Source: a virus
Taxonomy: Duplodnaviria > Caudoviricetes
IMG/VR virus record: IMGVR_UViG_3300040856_002539
Span: 1-56,127 of that record
Strand: one strand, 5' to 3'
DNA length: 56,127 nt
The position numbers and the translations under genes were made by a program. The notes beneath the pieces were generated by a model. The model ran no database searches, had not been told where the DNA came from, and was given only the letters and a program-made list of their open reading frames with translations. Positions 25,901 to 33,903 of the stretch are shown here, one piece after another (position 1 is the first letter of the stretch; each line of letters starts with the position of its first letter).

Positions 25901-28440
25901 CAGGATGCACCAGAAATAAATCGAGTGCTTCTGAGTTGCGAAGAATTTTCTAAAGTTTTTGTGGTGTTGTCTGGGCTATATTGATAACCAATTTCGTTAT
26001 CGCTGGAAATCAAAGAAGTTGATTCTTGGATAATATATCCATCGAGTGGAGGTCTTGCTTTTATCGGGGAGTCATTTGGAATGACATATCTTAGTTTATA
26101 GAGAGTATCTTCTAGGTTTCTTGTGTCTGGTCTTCTAGTGAAATAAGTTCTTGGACTTACAGAAACTCCAGAAGAAGAAATTGAGCCGTAAATTGCATTT
26201 CCCGAACTGACAGTCAGATACCATTGGTTATTTGTAGAATCATATTGGATAGGATGCCCAATATCACCAGAAGACTTATCCGAAACTCGACTGACTATTT
26301 TTAGATTTGTAGTTTTTTGAGTAAAAATATTTACAGCAGAAGAAGCAGAACTTCCATTTTCGGCATCATTTAACGAAGTTGCGAGACGAATTTGTATATT
26401 ACTGAGTCCAATTGCAGTATAATTTGTAATGACATAATAAACTGTATTATGATCTAGTCCATCAGGAAGTTCGCCAGTTTCGCTGATAATTCTTACTGTT
26501 TCTCCATTGATAAAATTATGAGGAGAAGTTAGAGTGATTGTATTTGATACAATGTTATTGGTTATTCCTCCATTTATTTTTGCAACATCATACTCTTTTT
26601 GGTATGATGTATTGGTCGAGCCATCCATCACAATGGATGCCGAATATGTTGTGGAAATTCCAGAGCTGGTTAAGATGACATTCAATTGATCATTTTGTTT
26701 TGCACCTATTCTATAGCCATCAATTGTACTAGTTGGCCTTATATTTTCATTGTTTTGATTGTAGAGATATAGTCTTGTACTATTTCCTAGGCTTGTGGTT
26801 TTTGCAATGTCAATTGCATCAAATTCGATTGTAATTTCTGATTCAGTGATTTCCTTTGGCGGAATGATATGACTGATATATCCCAAGTCATCTCGAATGA
26901 ATTTGTCATCTCTGAATCCCCTAGAAACCAGAGACTTTGCACCAAAGTTTGAGTTGGAGTTGGTGATAGACATATCACCGCCACTAACCGCCTCAAAGTG
27001 TTGGGCATAACCAATGGCAAAGATTGATACGCACTGAATAAATGCATTATTGCTTGCCTTGATGTGGTAGGATTCATAAGAAGGTTTATACCGGGCAAGG
27101 GAATCAGAATAGATATTAGCTACATTATTTGTGTCAATATACTTGCCAGTGGTTGGATCATATTTAACAAATGCATTGTTGTCCTTCTGCAATGAGATGC
27201 CAGTAAATTGGGCAACAACCATGCTCTTGAATCCATTTACTACACTTCCATCTGCATGGAGACCACACAGACCATAAACAGATCTCAAAGAACAATTGAA
27301 GATATAAGGAGATGCCGATGTGACAGTATCAACAACAATGTTTAGTGTTCCTTGTCCGATGATGGAATCAATCCCTGTTGGTGGAGCAGCAGAAGTTGCA
27401 TACTTAATTTCGGTTCCACTGACAACTTCTTTTACTACATATTGTCCATTGAAAGTGCTGATACCAACTCCATTGATACGAATTGGAGTATCAACATCCA
27501 AACCAGAGACATCTTCTGCAAATGATACAGTAATTTCTGTTCTATCTCCGCCACCAAGACCATCACCAGCACGAATACTTGTGATTCCTACTTCCTGTCC
27601 GCGAGAACCGACAATACGGTATTCGTCAATTTTTGGTTCTATGTCTACGACATTTGGGTAATCTGGGGAAATTGGTCTTCCGCTTGAATTGCCGAAAGCA
27701 AGACCAATCTTCTGATAATAGATATCTAGATCAGTTCTATCAGTAGAATATGTATTGAAAGCATCATTGATCTCTACCGGATTGACGCCATCGGCATACT
27801 CAAATGCTGTTAGTTTATTGTGTGAAAAATTAGGAACAAATGTGTTATTGGTGTAGTCCTTATAACAAACTCCATTTGGATTCGCATCAAAAATTGACAT
27901 CTGCCAGAGATAACAGGCACCAGTCAATCTAAAAATAGCAGATCTTTCTATGTCATCGTTTTCCGGATCTGGTACATATTTGGGTCTTATTTTCGTTTTG
28001 CGCAAATCATATCCAATGATAGAAATTCCCCTTGGGAGGAACATGCCACCATGAATAGAATTGAATTTATAAAGAACATTATTGTCTGATGTAATATCAA
28101 AGTTTGTTTGTAAATCAAACTCATAAAAATCACTTGAGGTTGTTCCGTCTCTTTTTAGGAATGTTGATCCGTCAAGATTGATCCATCCAGGACGATTATC
28201 GATTATGTGTTCTCCTGGGTATAGGAGAATTGTGGTGTTTGCGAAGGTGTCGTTATTATATCCACTTCTATAGGAAAACCTGACACTCTCCAGGATCGCT
28301 CTTTGGAGATTTGAGAACGGACGCGCCGGACTAGTGCCGTCATTTTCAATCGAATCAGTAGCATTTAATGCATTTCCGTCAACATGAATAAGATTTCCTC
28401 TGATTGAACGAAGAAAATTTTCTAGTCTTGACAAACCCAT
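22975..28440 (-). CDS. Very large cyanomyovirus virion structural protein
   Basis: 1821 aa, MGLSRLENFL start, MVVAQFTGISLQKD, SITNSNSNFG; late promoter upstream. Confidence 0.85.
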   Translation of the reverse strand: MGLSRLENFLRSIRGNLIHVDGNALNATDSIENDGTSPARPFSNLQRAILESVRFSYRSGYNNDTFANTTILLYPGEHIIDNRPGWINLDGSTFLKRDGTTSSDFYEFDLQTNFDITSDNNVLYKFNSIHGGMFLPRGISIIGYDLRKTKIRPKYVPDPENDDIERSAIFRLTGACYLWQMSIFDANPNGVCYKDYTNNTFVPNFSHNKLTAFEYADGVNPVEINDAFNTYSTDRTDLDIYYQKIGLAFGNSSGRPISPDYPNVVDIEPKIDEYRIVGSRGQEVGITSIRAGDGLGGGDRTEITVSFAEDVSGLDVDTPIRINGVGISTFNGQYVVKEVVSGTEIKYATSAAPPTGIDSIIGQGTLNIVVDTVTSASPYIFNCSLRSVYGLCGLHADGSVVNGFKSMVVAQFTGISLQKDNNAFVKYDPTTGKYIDTNNVANIYSDSLARYKPSYESYHIKASNNAFIQCVSIFAIGYAQHFEAVSGGDMSITNSNSNFGAKSLVSRGFRDDKFIRDDLGYISHIIPPKEITESEITIEFDAIDIAKTTSLGNSTRLYLYNQNNENIRPTSTIDGYRIGAKQNDQLNVILTSSGISTTYSASIVMDGSTNTSYQKEYDVAKINGGITNNIVSNTITLTSPHNFINGETVRIISETGELPDGLDHNTVYYVITNYTAIGLSNIQIRLATSLNDAENGSSASSAVNIFTQKTTNLKIVSRVSDKSSGDIGHPIQYDSTNNQWYLTVSSGNAIYGSISSSGVSVSPRTYFTRRPDTRNLEDTLYKLRYVIPNDSPIKARPPLDGYIIQESTSLISSDNEIGYQYSPDNTTKTLENSSQLRSTRFISGASWNGSIATIETELSHHLSIGSQVEVFNVLSTNNSSGLSTSGFNGVYTVSDIPSRREFSYSLTNDPGTFLDNTSIRNTSLPYFNRKKLPGTYIVYRTEQVQEYVQNQQDGIYHISVINSSNTPNITPFEDIRLSQPVQYLYPQLDRDNVVSDPESTQSFALSDPIGQVVVSDPQKSITKETLEEFLLENKVGFGITSIISNVVGTSHTFYTNIDHGLNPITGLTTTSAGSAYGTTGTIETLYNAQLTGGSGEGASAVIKINPSGQITNIELEDGGSAYQVGDVLTVVGVATTSGHVPGTVTVASIYDHTNEVISLSGIVNREYSQYNEIYRISSITTSKQIQVSSAGSVTSPSTTGIGITITSRTNAYLTGKSLTASSFTYNNVSGIATVTFSSAHGISASDKVRNSGADSSLYNGDFLVAKVNSLTSIDLNIGVSNSSPATTGTIVVHPYGYASKGGNNTGREEQRIVEQYAGITTTTSVGITTTATTISIASIDSTGLKIGDYVQIDDEILRIRETVDGNPVSVFRGLLGTRNTSHVSGSVVRKIHPYPIEFRRHSILRASGHTFEYVGFGPGNYSNAFPDRQDRQITEQEELLAQSFKVDGGINVYTGMNNDGDFYIGNKRVSSATGQEDVFDAPVPSIRGEEIFVETGTAAAINIVNTENVNVTRSIKVEGGKGGNNISEFNGPVVFNDKITSNSSRGVEANSLYLQGNATISRKYTVGIATPITAATAGDVQYYSQPSDGGYTGWVYTTNNQWRKFGPVQNNDGHYVGIWTGTFYGDGSNLTNLDSIWTEVNPFGGAGINSAYYLGNVGIGTSVVSPDVKLRVEGKTYINGLLNVTEIIEKATIVSGAWPILNNAGNAIDINIYLGDNNVYYYTDSVAQNWTLNFTGNSSGTTLNNILEVGDSITVAFLATNGATGYYNDEIKIDGVAITPRWYGGFAPTFGNSNSIDSYTYVIIKTADSTFTVLASQSNYS

Positions 28441-28469
28441 CTTATTATCGCAATAAGTTCTTTATTACT

Positions 28470-28476
28470 TATTTAT
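28470..28476 (-). promoter_or_regulatory. T4-like late promoter
   Basis: ATAAATA 30 nt before the ATG. Confidence 0.65.
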
Positions 28477-28480
28477 CCAT

Positions 28481-28503
28481 AAAAAAACCCCTAGCTAGAG
28501 GGG
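28481..28503 (-). terminator. Intrinsic terminator
   Basis: CCCCT-ctagct-AGGGG followed by T7. Confidence 0.75.
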
Positions 28504-28565
28504 CGAAGAAAAGAAACAAGAACAAAAAGCAACAATAAAATCCCAGAAAGTTCTAGTGAATTCAT
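28491..28565 (-). CDS. Possible 24-aa membrane peptide
   Basis: MNSLELSGILLLLFVLVSFLRPSS. Confidence 0.4.
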   Translation of the reverse strand: MNSLELSGILLLLFVLVSFLRPSS

Positions 28566-28584
28566 TGGTAATATTAAAAGAACT

Positions 28585-28755
28585 CTATGATTTATCTATA
28601 ACTTTCAAGTAGTTCATCGTATTCTTTGCAGCAATAATAGCATCATCCATAGTTAGATTCTGTCCAGATTCTTGTCTAATAATAGGTCTAGAAGAATCAC
28701 AAACAGTCCACCGCCACTGCCCCATGGATTCACAGAACCAGATCGTTATTTTCAT
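28585..28755 (-). CDS. Small hypothetical protein (56 aa)
   Basis: MKITIWFCESMGQWRWTVCD...QESGQ; translated by hand. Confidence 0.7.
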   Translation of the reverse strand: MKITIWFCESMGQWRWTVCDSSRPIIRQESGQNLTMDDAIIAAKNTMNYLKVIDKS

Positions 28756-28900
28756 GTTTAGTATACTCTAGTTTAATCCAATTCAGAAGCGCATTGAATT
28801 CCGAAAGCTTTTCTTCGGAGAAATCAATTCCCTTACTAACCAAATAAAAATTTATTGCTTCGATCGCATTCTTACGATCTTTTTGTGATATAAGAGACAT
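28730..28900 (-). CDS. Small hypothetical protein (56 aa)
   Basis: MSLISQKDRKNAIEAI...ALLNWIKLE; translated by hand. Confidence 0.7.
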   Translation of the reverse strand: MSLISQKDRKNAIEAINFYLVSKGIDFSEEKLSEFNALLNWIKLEYTKHENNDLVL

Positions 28901-28904
28901 GAGA

Positions 28905-29174
28905 TTAATTAACAGGTAACATTTCTGGATTTTCTAATTCAACCTCAAACATAAGAGGGTGACATTCTTCTAGAATCAAATATTGCGAAGAAAGATATAA
29001 ATCTTCTACATCAAATCTTCTTTCTTCATCTGCTAGTTTGATGAGTTCCAAATCAGTATTAGAATCATCTGGCAATTCATCAAATGTAAAGGGAACTTGA
29101 TTTATGAAATACATAAGAACAATTTGGGTTCCTTTATTATACCAGACATGCCTAGCATCTATTCTATATTCCAT
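28905..29174 (-). CDS. Cyanophage hypothetical protein
   Basis: 89-aa ORF, IVLMYFINQVPFTFDEL...EECHP. Confidence 0.8.
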   Translation of the reverse strand: MEYRIDARHVWYNKGTQIVLMYFINQVPFTFDELPDDSNTDLELIKLADEERRFDVEDLYLSSQYLILEECHPLMFEVELENPEMLPVN

Positions 29175-29196
29175 GAATAGTTCCCTTTGCTTTTGT

Positions 29197-29400
29197 TTAT
29201 TTATAGGTAGGCTCGTTATATTTTAAATATTCAAAGAAAGTCAGTTTCATTTCTTTGATGCTCATGCCACAATGTTTGGCTGCTTGTGGGAGATTCATTT
29301 TAGAAAAGAATAATCCCTCATTGGCTTCCTTTACATTTTCTGGTGTTGTTTTGGTGGGTTCTTCTTTGAGTGCTTTGTAATTGATGCGATAGGGAGTCAT
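29197..29400 (-). CDS. Small HTH-like protein
   Basis: KMNLPQAAKHCGMSIKEMKLTF. Confidence 0.75.
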   Translation of the reverse strand: MTPYRINYKALKEEPTKTTPENVKEANEGLFFSKMNLPQAAKHCGMSIKEMKLTFFEYLKYNEPTYK

Positions 29401-29579
29401 AAGGGATTGGCGTAAGAAAGTGTGTCTTCGTCTACTGTGGCACGGACAAATTCTAGCACATTCATAAACTCTTCGACTGTATCACAGGTCACTTGTTTTT
29501 CTGTCCCTTCACTTGAGTATAAGTATACAGTTCGTTTGGTAGGATCTACTACACATCTTGATAGATATTCTTCTTCCAT
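29397..29579 (-). CDS. Cyanophage hypothetical protein
   Basis: 60-aa ORF with AAGGAG SD and sigma70 promoter upstream. Confidence 0.8.
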   Translation of the reverse strand: MEEEYLSRCVVDPTKRTVYLYSSEGTEKQVTCDTVEEFMNVLEFVRATVDEDTLSYANPL

Positions 29580-29602
29580 GCTTTCTTTGCGTTTTGCTCC
29601 TT

Positions 29603-29631
29603 ACTTTAGCACGGTCAGGGGGTGGTGTCAA
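29603..29631 (-). promoter_or_regulatory. Sigma70-like promoter
   Basis: TTGACA-N17-TAAAGT (TG extended -10). Confidence 0.7.
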
Positions 29632-29834
29632 GTGGTTTCTTCTTCTGGTGTTGAGGATAATGGTTCTGGTTGGGGCACTTCTTCCCAGTCAGTTCCATTC
29701 CATTTCTTTCCAAGTAATGAACTATCAAAACTTTCAATTCTTAAAAGATTTGAATATTTACTCATATCTCCAGCAAGTTCAGAAACTGCTACGCAGATAT
29801 TTTCCTCGTTAACTTGTGCGTAATAAAAAGACAT
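29628..29834 (-). CDS. Small tail-fibre-associated protein
   Basis: YYAQVNEENICVAVSEL...SLLGKKWNG..W; GAGG SD. Confidence 0.75.
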   Translation of the reverse strand: MSFYYAQVNEENICVAVSELAGDMSKYSNLLRIESFDSSLLGKKWNGTDWEEVPQPEPLSSTPEEETT

Positions 29835-29844
29835 TGTTTTTACC

Positions 29845-30198
29845 TCAATAATATTCTACGAGTTGCCAAGATACTGTTGGTACTGATGTAAAGAAATTGC
29901 CTAAATTGTTGCCTAAATTGCCTAAATTTGCCCCTATAGTTGCGGTGATTGTGGTGCTATTTGTCAGTTCAATCATTGCTAAGACAGATGCCAAGAAGTG
30001 GTAATCAGAAGAGGCAATGTTAGTTCTTGTCAATCCATTTCTTACTCCCAAATAATATAGAATTGATTTGGAGGTATTGACTGGGTTTATTGTTGCTGTT
30101 TGTGTTGTAGTTATTGACTGAGGTGCTGGTAATGTTATTACACCTCTTTGTATACTTTTTATTCCGCCACCAAAACCAAATTGACTCAATGTGCTCAT
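29845..30198 (-). CDS. Tail-fibre tip-like small protein
   Basis: MSTLSQF..GGIKSIQRG...TINPVNTSKS...LTNSTTITA...VSWQLVEYY. Confidence 0.75.
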   Translation of the reverse strand: MSTLSQFGFGGGIKSIQRGVITLPAPQSITTTQTATINPVNTSKSILYYLGVRNGLTRTNIASSDYHFLASVLAMIELTNSTTITATIGANLGNLGNNLGNFFTSVPTVSWQLVEYY

Positions 30199-30726
30199 CT
30201 AACTTATTCTCCAACCTAATGTGCTATTAATATATATCAAGTTTAGAGTTCCATATCCAATATCAACAGTCATGTCTTCTGCAAGACCCATAATATTACT
30301 ACCATTTCTCAAAATATTTGTATCAGTATAATCACTACTAATACCAACCATAACTTTGTTACCAACAGAAGGTAAAGTGGGCAAAGTTAGCGACAATCCA
30401 CCAGATGTAACAGTGCAATATTCAAGGTTTGATAGAGTTTTATTTACTGATGTTGTTGTGATTGTATAATTTGCAAAATTAATACTATTATTTACATCAT
30501 CATAAGTAACAGTAATTCCTGTCTGAATGCCAGAGGTTATGGCAGAACCAATAGAATCTTGGATAGTTTCCGTTAATACCGAAGAATCAAAATTAATATT
30601 TGTACCATCACCAAGAGCATTATAAATCTCCTCAAAATTACTATTAATCTTTATGGCACCAGTTAATAAACTGTCGCCAGTATTATCATTTGGTGTAGTT
30701 CCGGTTCCTATACCTTGATATGCCAT
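30199..30726 (-). CDS. Baseplate/tail-fibre connector-like protein (T4 gp9/gp10-like N-terminus)
   Basis: IGTGTTPNDNTGDSL..GAIKINSNFEEIY; C-terminal TLP..PSVG...RNGSNIMG...GWR. Confidence 0.75.
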   Translation of the reverse strand: MAYQGIGTGTTPNDNTGDSLLTGAIKINSNFEEIYNALGDGTNINFDSSVLTETIQDSIGSAITSGIQTGITVTYDDVNNSINFANYTITTTSVNKTLSNLEYCTVTSGGLSLTLPTLPSVGNKVMVGISSDYTDTNILRNGSNIMGLAEDMTVDIGYGTLNLIYINSTLGWRIS

Positions 30727-30742
30727 TTCTAATACTTTTTAA

Positions 30743-30997
30743 TTATTTAGTTTCGGCCATAATCAAATAATAGCATTCAATCGGCAAATTGCCATAAGAC
30801 TGCAAACGAACTTCTTTAATATCTACTGTCTTCACAATAATATCTTGTGGTGTTCCACAAGGAGTCAATGATACAGTAATTGTTTTTGGATTGACTGTAT
30901 CTTCCCATTCTTTTGGAAGTTGAATTGAAGTATTATTGAATACTTTTCCTCTTGCAATAACAAGGTTATCAGTGTTTGTATAAAGTGTTTTTTTCAT
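30743..30997 (-). CDS. Stand-alone chaperone-like domain protein
   Basis: RGK...IQLPKEW...V.P.TITVSLTP...CYY.I.AE resembles the C-termini of 11883..12587 and 32411..33328. Confidence 0.7.
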   Translation of the reverse strand: MKKTLYTNTDNLVIARGKVFNNTSIQLPKEWEDTVNPKTITVSLTPCGTPQDIIVKTVDIKEVRLQSYGNLPIECYYLIMAETK

Positions 30998-32409
30998 ATT
31001 ACATCCTGGGTGTTAATATAACCAATTAAACTATTATATCTATCTACCTCGTCATTTTCTCCTCCAATTGATTGTCTCAATCCCCATATTTGGAGTGCAT
31101 ACTTATTTCTTTCCTCTCTTAGCGCATTCGCTGCATTAAGTTTATCTGTTGTTGATAAAGAAGATTCTGCTGTATCTCTTGTAGTTTCTGCAGTAGAAAT
31201 TGCAGTATTCAGAGAACCACATCCACTTTGACTTATTGCCGAATACACCTGACTCGCGACAAGAGCAGGATTGTATGATGCTATTGATACACTTCTAGTA
31301 TCTCCTTTAGATGCAGGATCTCCCAAAGCATCAACTGGTTCGTCAGTAAATCCAATTTTGTAATAAATTTTTCCTGCTCCAACTTTAGGTTCTTTGATGG
31401 TTTCGCCTTTTTTCTCGGTACCCTCCAATTCAGGTTTCCATTCCTGTGTTTCTGGTGGTTTTCCAGTATTGTCCACTTCAATTTTATATCCTTTCCCCAA
31501 AGTAGAAGAATCCATAATTCCAATTGTTTCTGGAGAAAATGGATTTTTGGTAAATTTCACGGAATACTTAAATCTTTCTTGTAATGCCTCTGGGTCGTCT
31601 GGGTCCACAACAACAGTAAATGTAACATAAGAACCATCACTTTCTGGTAATGATGTAAATCCTACTGTATTATTCTGTAATATAATAGTAGAAACTTCGA
31701 GTGCTGTTGTTGCAATTCCAGTTATTGTTTCGATTTCTGTCGAGTAAATTGTTGTCGATCCAAAACCAACAATCGTATTATAGTCTCCAGAAAATACTCC
31801 TTCTTTTCCGGAGATCACGAGATTGGTTACTTCGTATTCTTGTATTAGTTCATCAGAAACTTGAGAAACAATGGCAAGTTCGGTTGACCCTGCCCCAATT
31901 ACGCCAATAAATTCTCCTATGGTAGTATCGCCAATGTCCTTCAAGTATCTTTGGTCATAATATTTTAGACCATAAAGATTGTCACTTTGATTTCCAGTTC
32001 CAACAACTACAGTGCCTGCGGTATATGTTGTAATTCCACCAGAGGAATCCAGATGAGTGATACTCGTCGCATAACCAACATCACCAAGTTGATCTACTTC
32101 CAATGAAAAATCATAGCTAAGTGGATCTTCGCCGCCTCCAGATGTTGAGAATCCAGTTATTTTCCAAAACAAATCTGTTCTGCATCCAGCATCAATTCTT
32201 GCTTGGTATGCATCCTTTACTGCTTGGATCGTATCATTTGTAGAATTAATATCACCAAATAAGTCGCCATCAATAGCAATAATTCCATTATCATATAATT
32301 CTTTTTCTGCGTCTGTTAAAAGAATTTGAGTCTTAAAGTGATTGATATTATTAACTTTTTGGATTGCTTTATTTCTAGAGTCTCTTACTAAATCATTAGA
32401 TAACGACAT
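30994..32409 (-). CDS. Putative virion structural protein
   Basis: 471-aa ORF in the late baseplate operon. Confidence 0.75.
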   Translation of the reverse strand: MSLSNDLVRDSRNKAIQKVNNINHFKTQILLTDAEKELYDNGIIAIDGDLFGDINSTNDTIQAVKDAYQARIDAGCRTDLFWKITGFSTSGGGEDPLSYDFSLEVDQLGDVGYATSITHLDSSGGITTYTAGTVVVGTGNQSDNLYGLKYYDQRYLKDIGDTTIGEFIGVIGAGSTELAIVSQVSDELIQEYEVTNLVISGKEGVFSGDYNTIVGFGSTTIYSTEIETITGIATTALEVSTIILQNNTVGFTSLPESDGSYVTFTVVVDPDDPEALQERFKYSVKFTKNPFSPETIGIMDSSTLGKGYKIEVDNTGKPPETQEWKPELEGTEKKGETIKEPKVGAGKIYYKIGFTDEPVDALGDPASKGDTRSVSIASYNPALVASQVYSAISQSGCGSLNTAISTAETTRDTAESSLSTTDKLNAANALREERNKYALQIWGLRQSIGGENDEVDRYNSLIGYINTQDVI

Positions 32410-32410
32410 T

Positions 32411-33328
32411 TTATACTCCTCTCATTTCTTTTCCTTTATATTCCACTTCAAGATCTGGGACATCTTTTCTTTTGCCATAAACAACATAACTACAATTTAT
32501 CAATCCACCAGAGTTATTTTGGATATTTATTCTAGTTCCCCACTCAATTGATTTTACGAATAACTCTTGGTAGCATTCATGTGCAGTCAAATTGACAGTA
32601 ATTGTTTCTGGATCTACTAATCCTCTCCAATATTCTGGCAACACGATAGTATTAGTATTCTTCAATTTTCCTCTATAGTATACTCCGATCTCCGGTCCTT
32701 CGATACAAGCATGGACTAGCCTATGATCTTTTTTGGTTGGATGTGGGATATCAAATTCTTTCCATGCCTGAACATTAATAATTCCTCGCAAGGAAACATT
32801 ATTACAAACTAAACTACCTTCAACTAAAAGATTACCATTGATTACTTTACTTCCATTATCAACTGTTGATCCAGAGACAGCTTCTCTGCCATTCCTTGAC
32901 TCTGCACCACTTTCTGCAACTACCCCAGTAAGAACTTTGTCGCCATTCCAAGTGTATTTTCCGACACCTGTCAAGGACTCTGTTCTTATGTTAATAAATG
33001 TGTCATTAATGATATTGACAACAATTGAATTTACAGATATTCCAACTTTCCCGGTAACATCACCGAGCATCACATCAACCTGAGTTGGAGAAAATCCTTT
33101 CGAAGATACTTTAAAAATCGAAGGTGGTATCGTAATTGCATCGGTGTTAGAGCACCTTGCAACCATTAAGTTTGCTTCTGCCGCAGGATATGTTATTGGA
33201 TCACCAACAATCATTGGCCCCTCAATAAACCCAGAGCCTCTAATTTCTGTTGGCCCTACTCCAAGTGCTACTGGATTGCCTAGACCAACAAACAATCTTT
33301 TTCCTACAAATAAATCGGGTACTTTCAT
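32411..33328 (-). CDS. Spike/fibre-like protein with C-terminal chaperone-like domain
   Basis: FDIPHPTK..HRLVHACIEGPE.GVYYRG...LPEYW.GLVD...RKDV..LEVEY. Confidence 0.75.
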   Translation of the reverse strand: MKVPDLFVGKRLFVGLGNPVALGVGPTEIRGSGFIEGPMIVGDPITYPAAEANLMVARCSNTDAITIPPSIFKVSSKGFSPTQVDVMLGDVTGKVGISVNSIVVNIINDTFINIRTESLTGVGKYTWNGDKVLTGVVAESGAESRNGREAVSGSTVDNGSKVINGNLLVEGSLVCNNVSLRGIINVQAWKEFDIPHPTKKDHRLVHACIEGPEIGVYYRGKLKNTNTIVLPEYWRGLVDPETITVNLTAHECYQELFVKSIEWGTRINIQNNSGGLINCSYVVYGKRKDVPDLEVEYKGKEMRGV

Positions 33329-33903
33329 TTATTTTGAGTCTCGTTTCTATATGGTGTACCAGTAGAAGATTTTGAACCTTTGAGGCTTGTGGCTCCATCA
33401 GCAGCATCAATTAGTCCACCGTATATATTTAATATCCCTTTACCAATTATGTTTGCGGTATTTTCTGAGAAAATTTTTGTGGACACTTTAGAACTAATGC
33501 TAATGCTCTGCGCATCCATAATAATTTTTTCATTTGCACTTAAATCTATGACTCCATTTTTCCCATCGCCACCAGTTGCTTTTAGATTAATATTTTCTCC
33601 TTCAATTCTCACTCTTCCACTAGCTTTTATTACGACATCACCACTAACTGCCTCAAAATAAATTCCAGGAATTCCACTAGGAACATTATCCCCTGCCTTG
33701 ATTTGAAATGCTCCTGGGGATCTACAAACAGTTCCATATTTTAAATGTGAGTCTCCAGTAGAACTCATTGCAATATAATGCTTTGAATGTGCTCCACTTC
33801 TCGCCAGAAAAGAAAATAAATTATTTCGGTCGTCAATGTGACCAAACTTTATTTCTCCATCTTTGTTTCCATATCTTATGGTATGATAATTTTCTCTTGC
33901 CAT
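33325..33903 (-). CDS. Baseplate spike beta-helix-like protein
   Basis: GDVVIKASGRVRIEGENINLKA repeats directly after the gp5-like gene. Confidence 0.65.
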   Translation of the reverse strand: MARENYHTIRYGNKDGEIKFGHIDDRNNLFSFLARSGAHSKHYIAMSSTGDSHLKYGTVCRSPGAFQIKAGDNVPSGIPGIYFEAVSGDVVIKASGRVRIEGENINLKATGGDGKNGVIDLSANEKIIMDAQSISISSKVSTKIFSENTANIIGKGILNIYGGLIDAADGATSLKGSKSSTGTPYRNETQNK

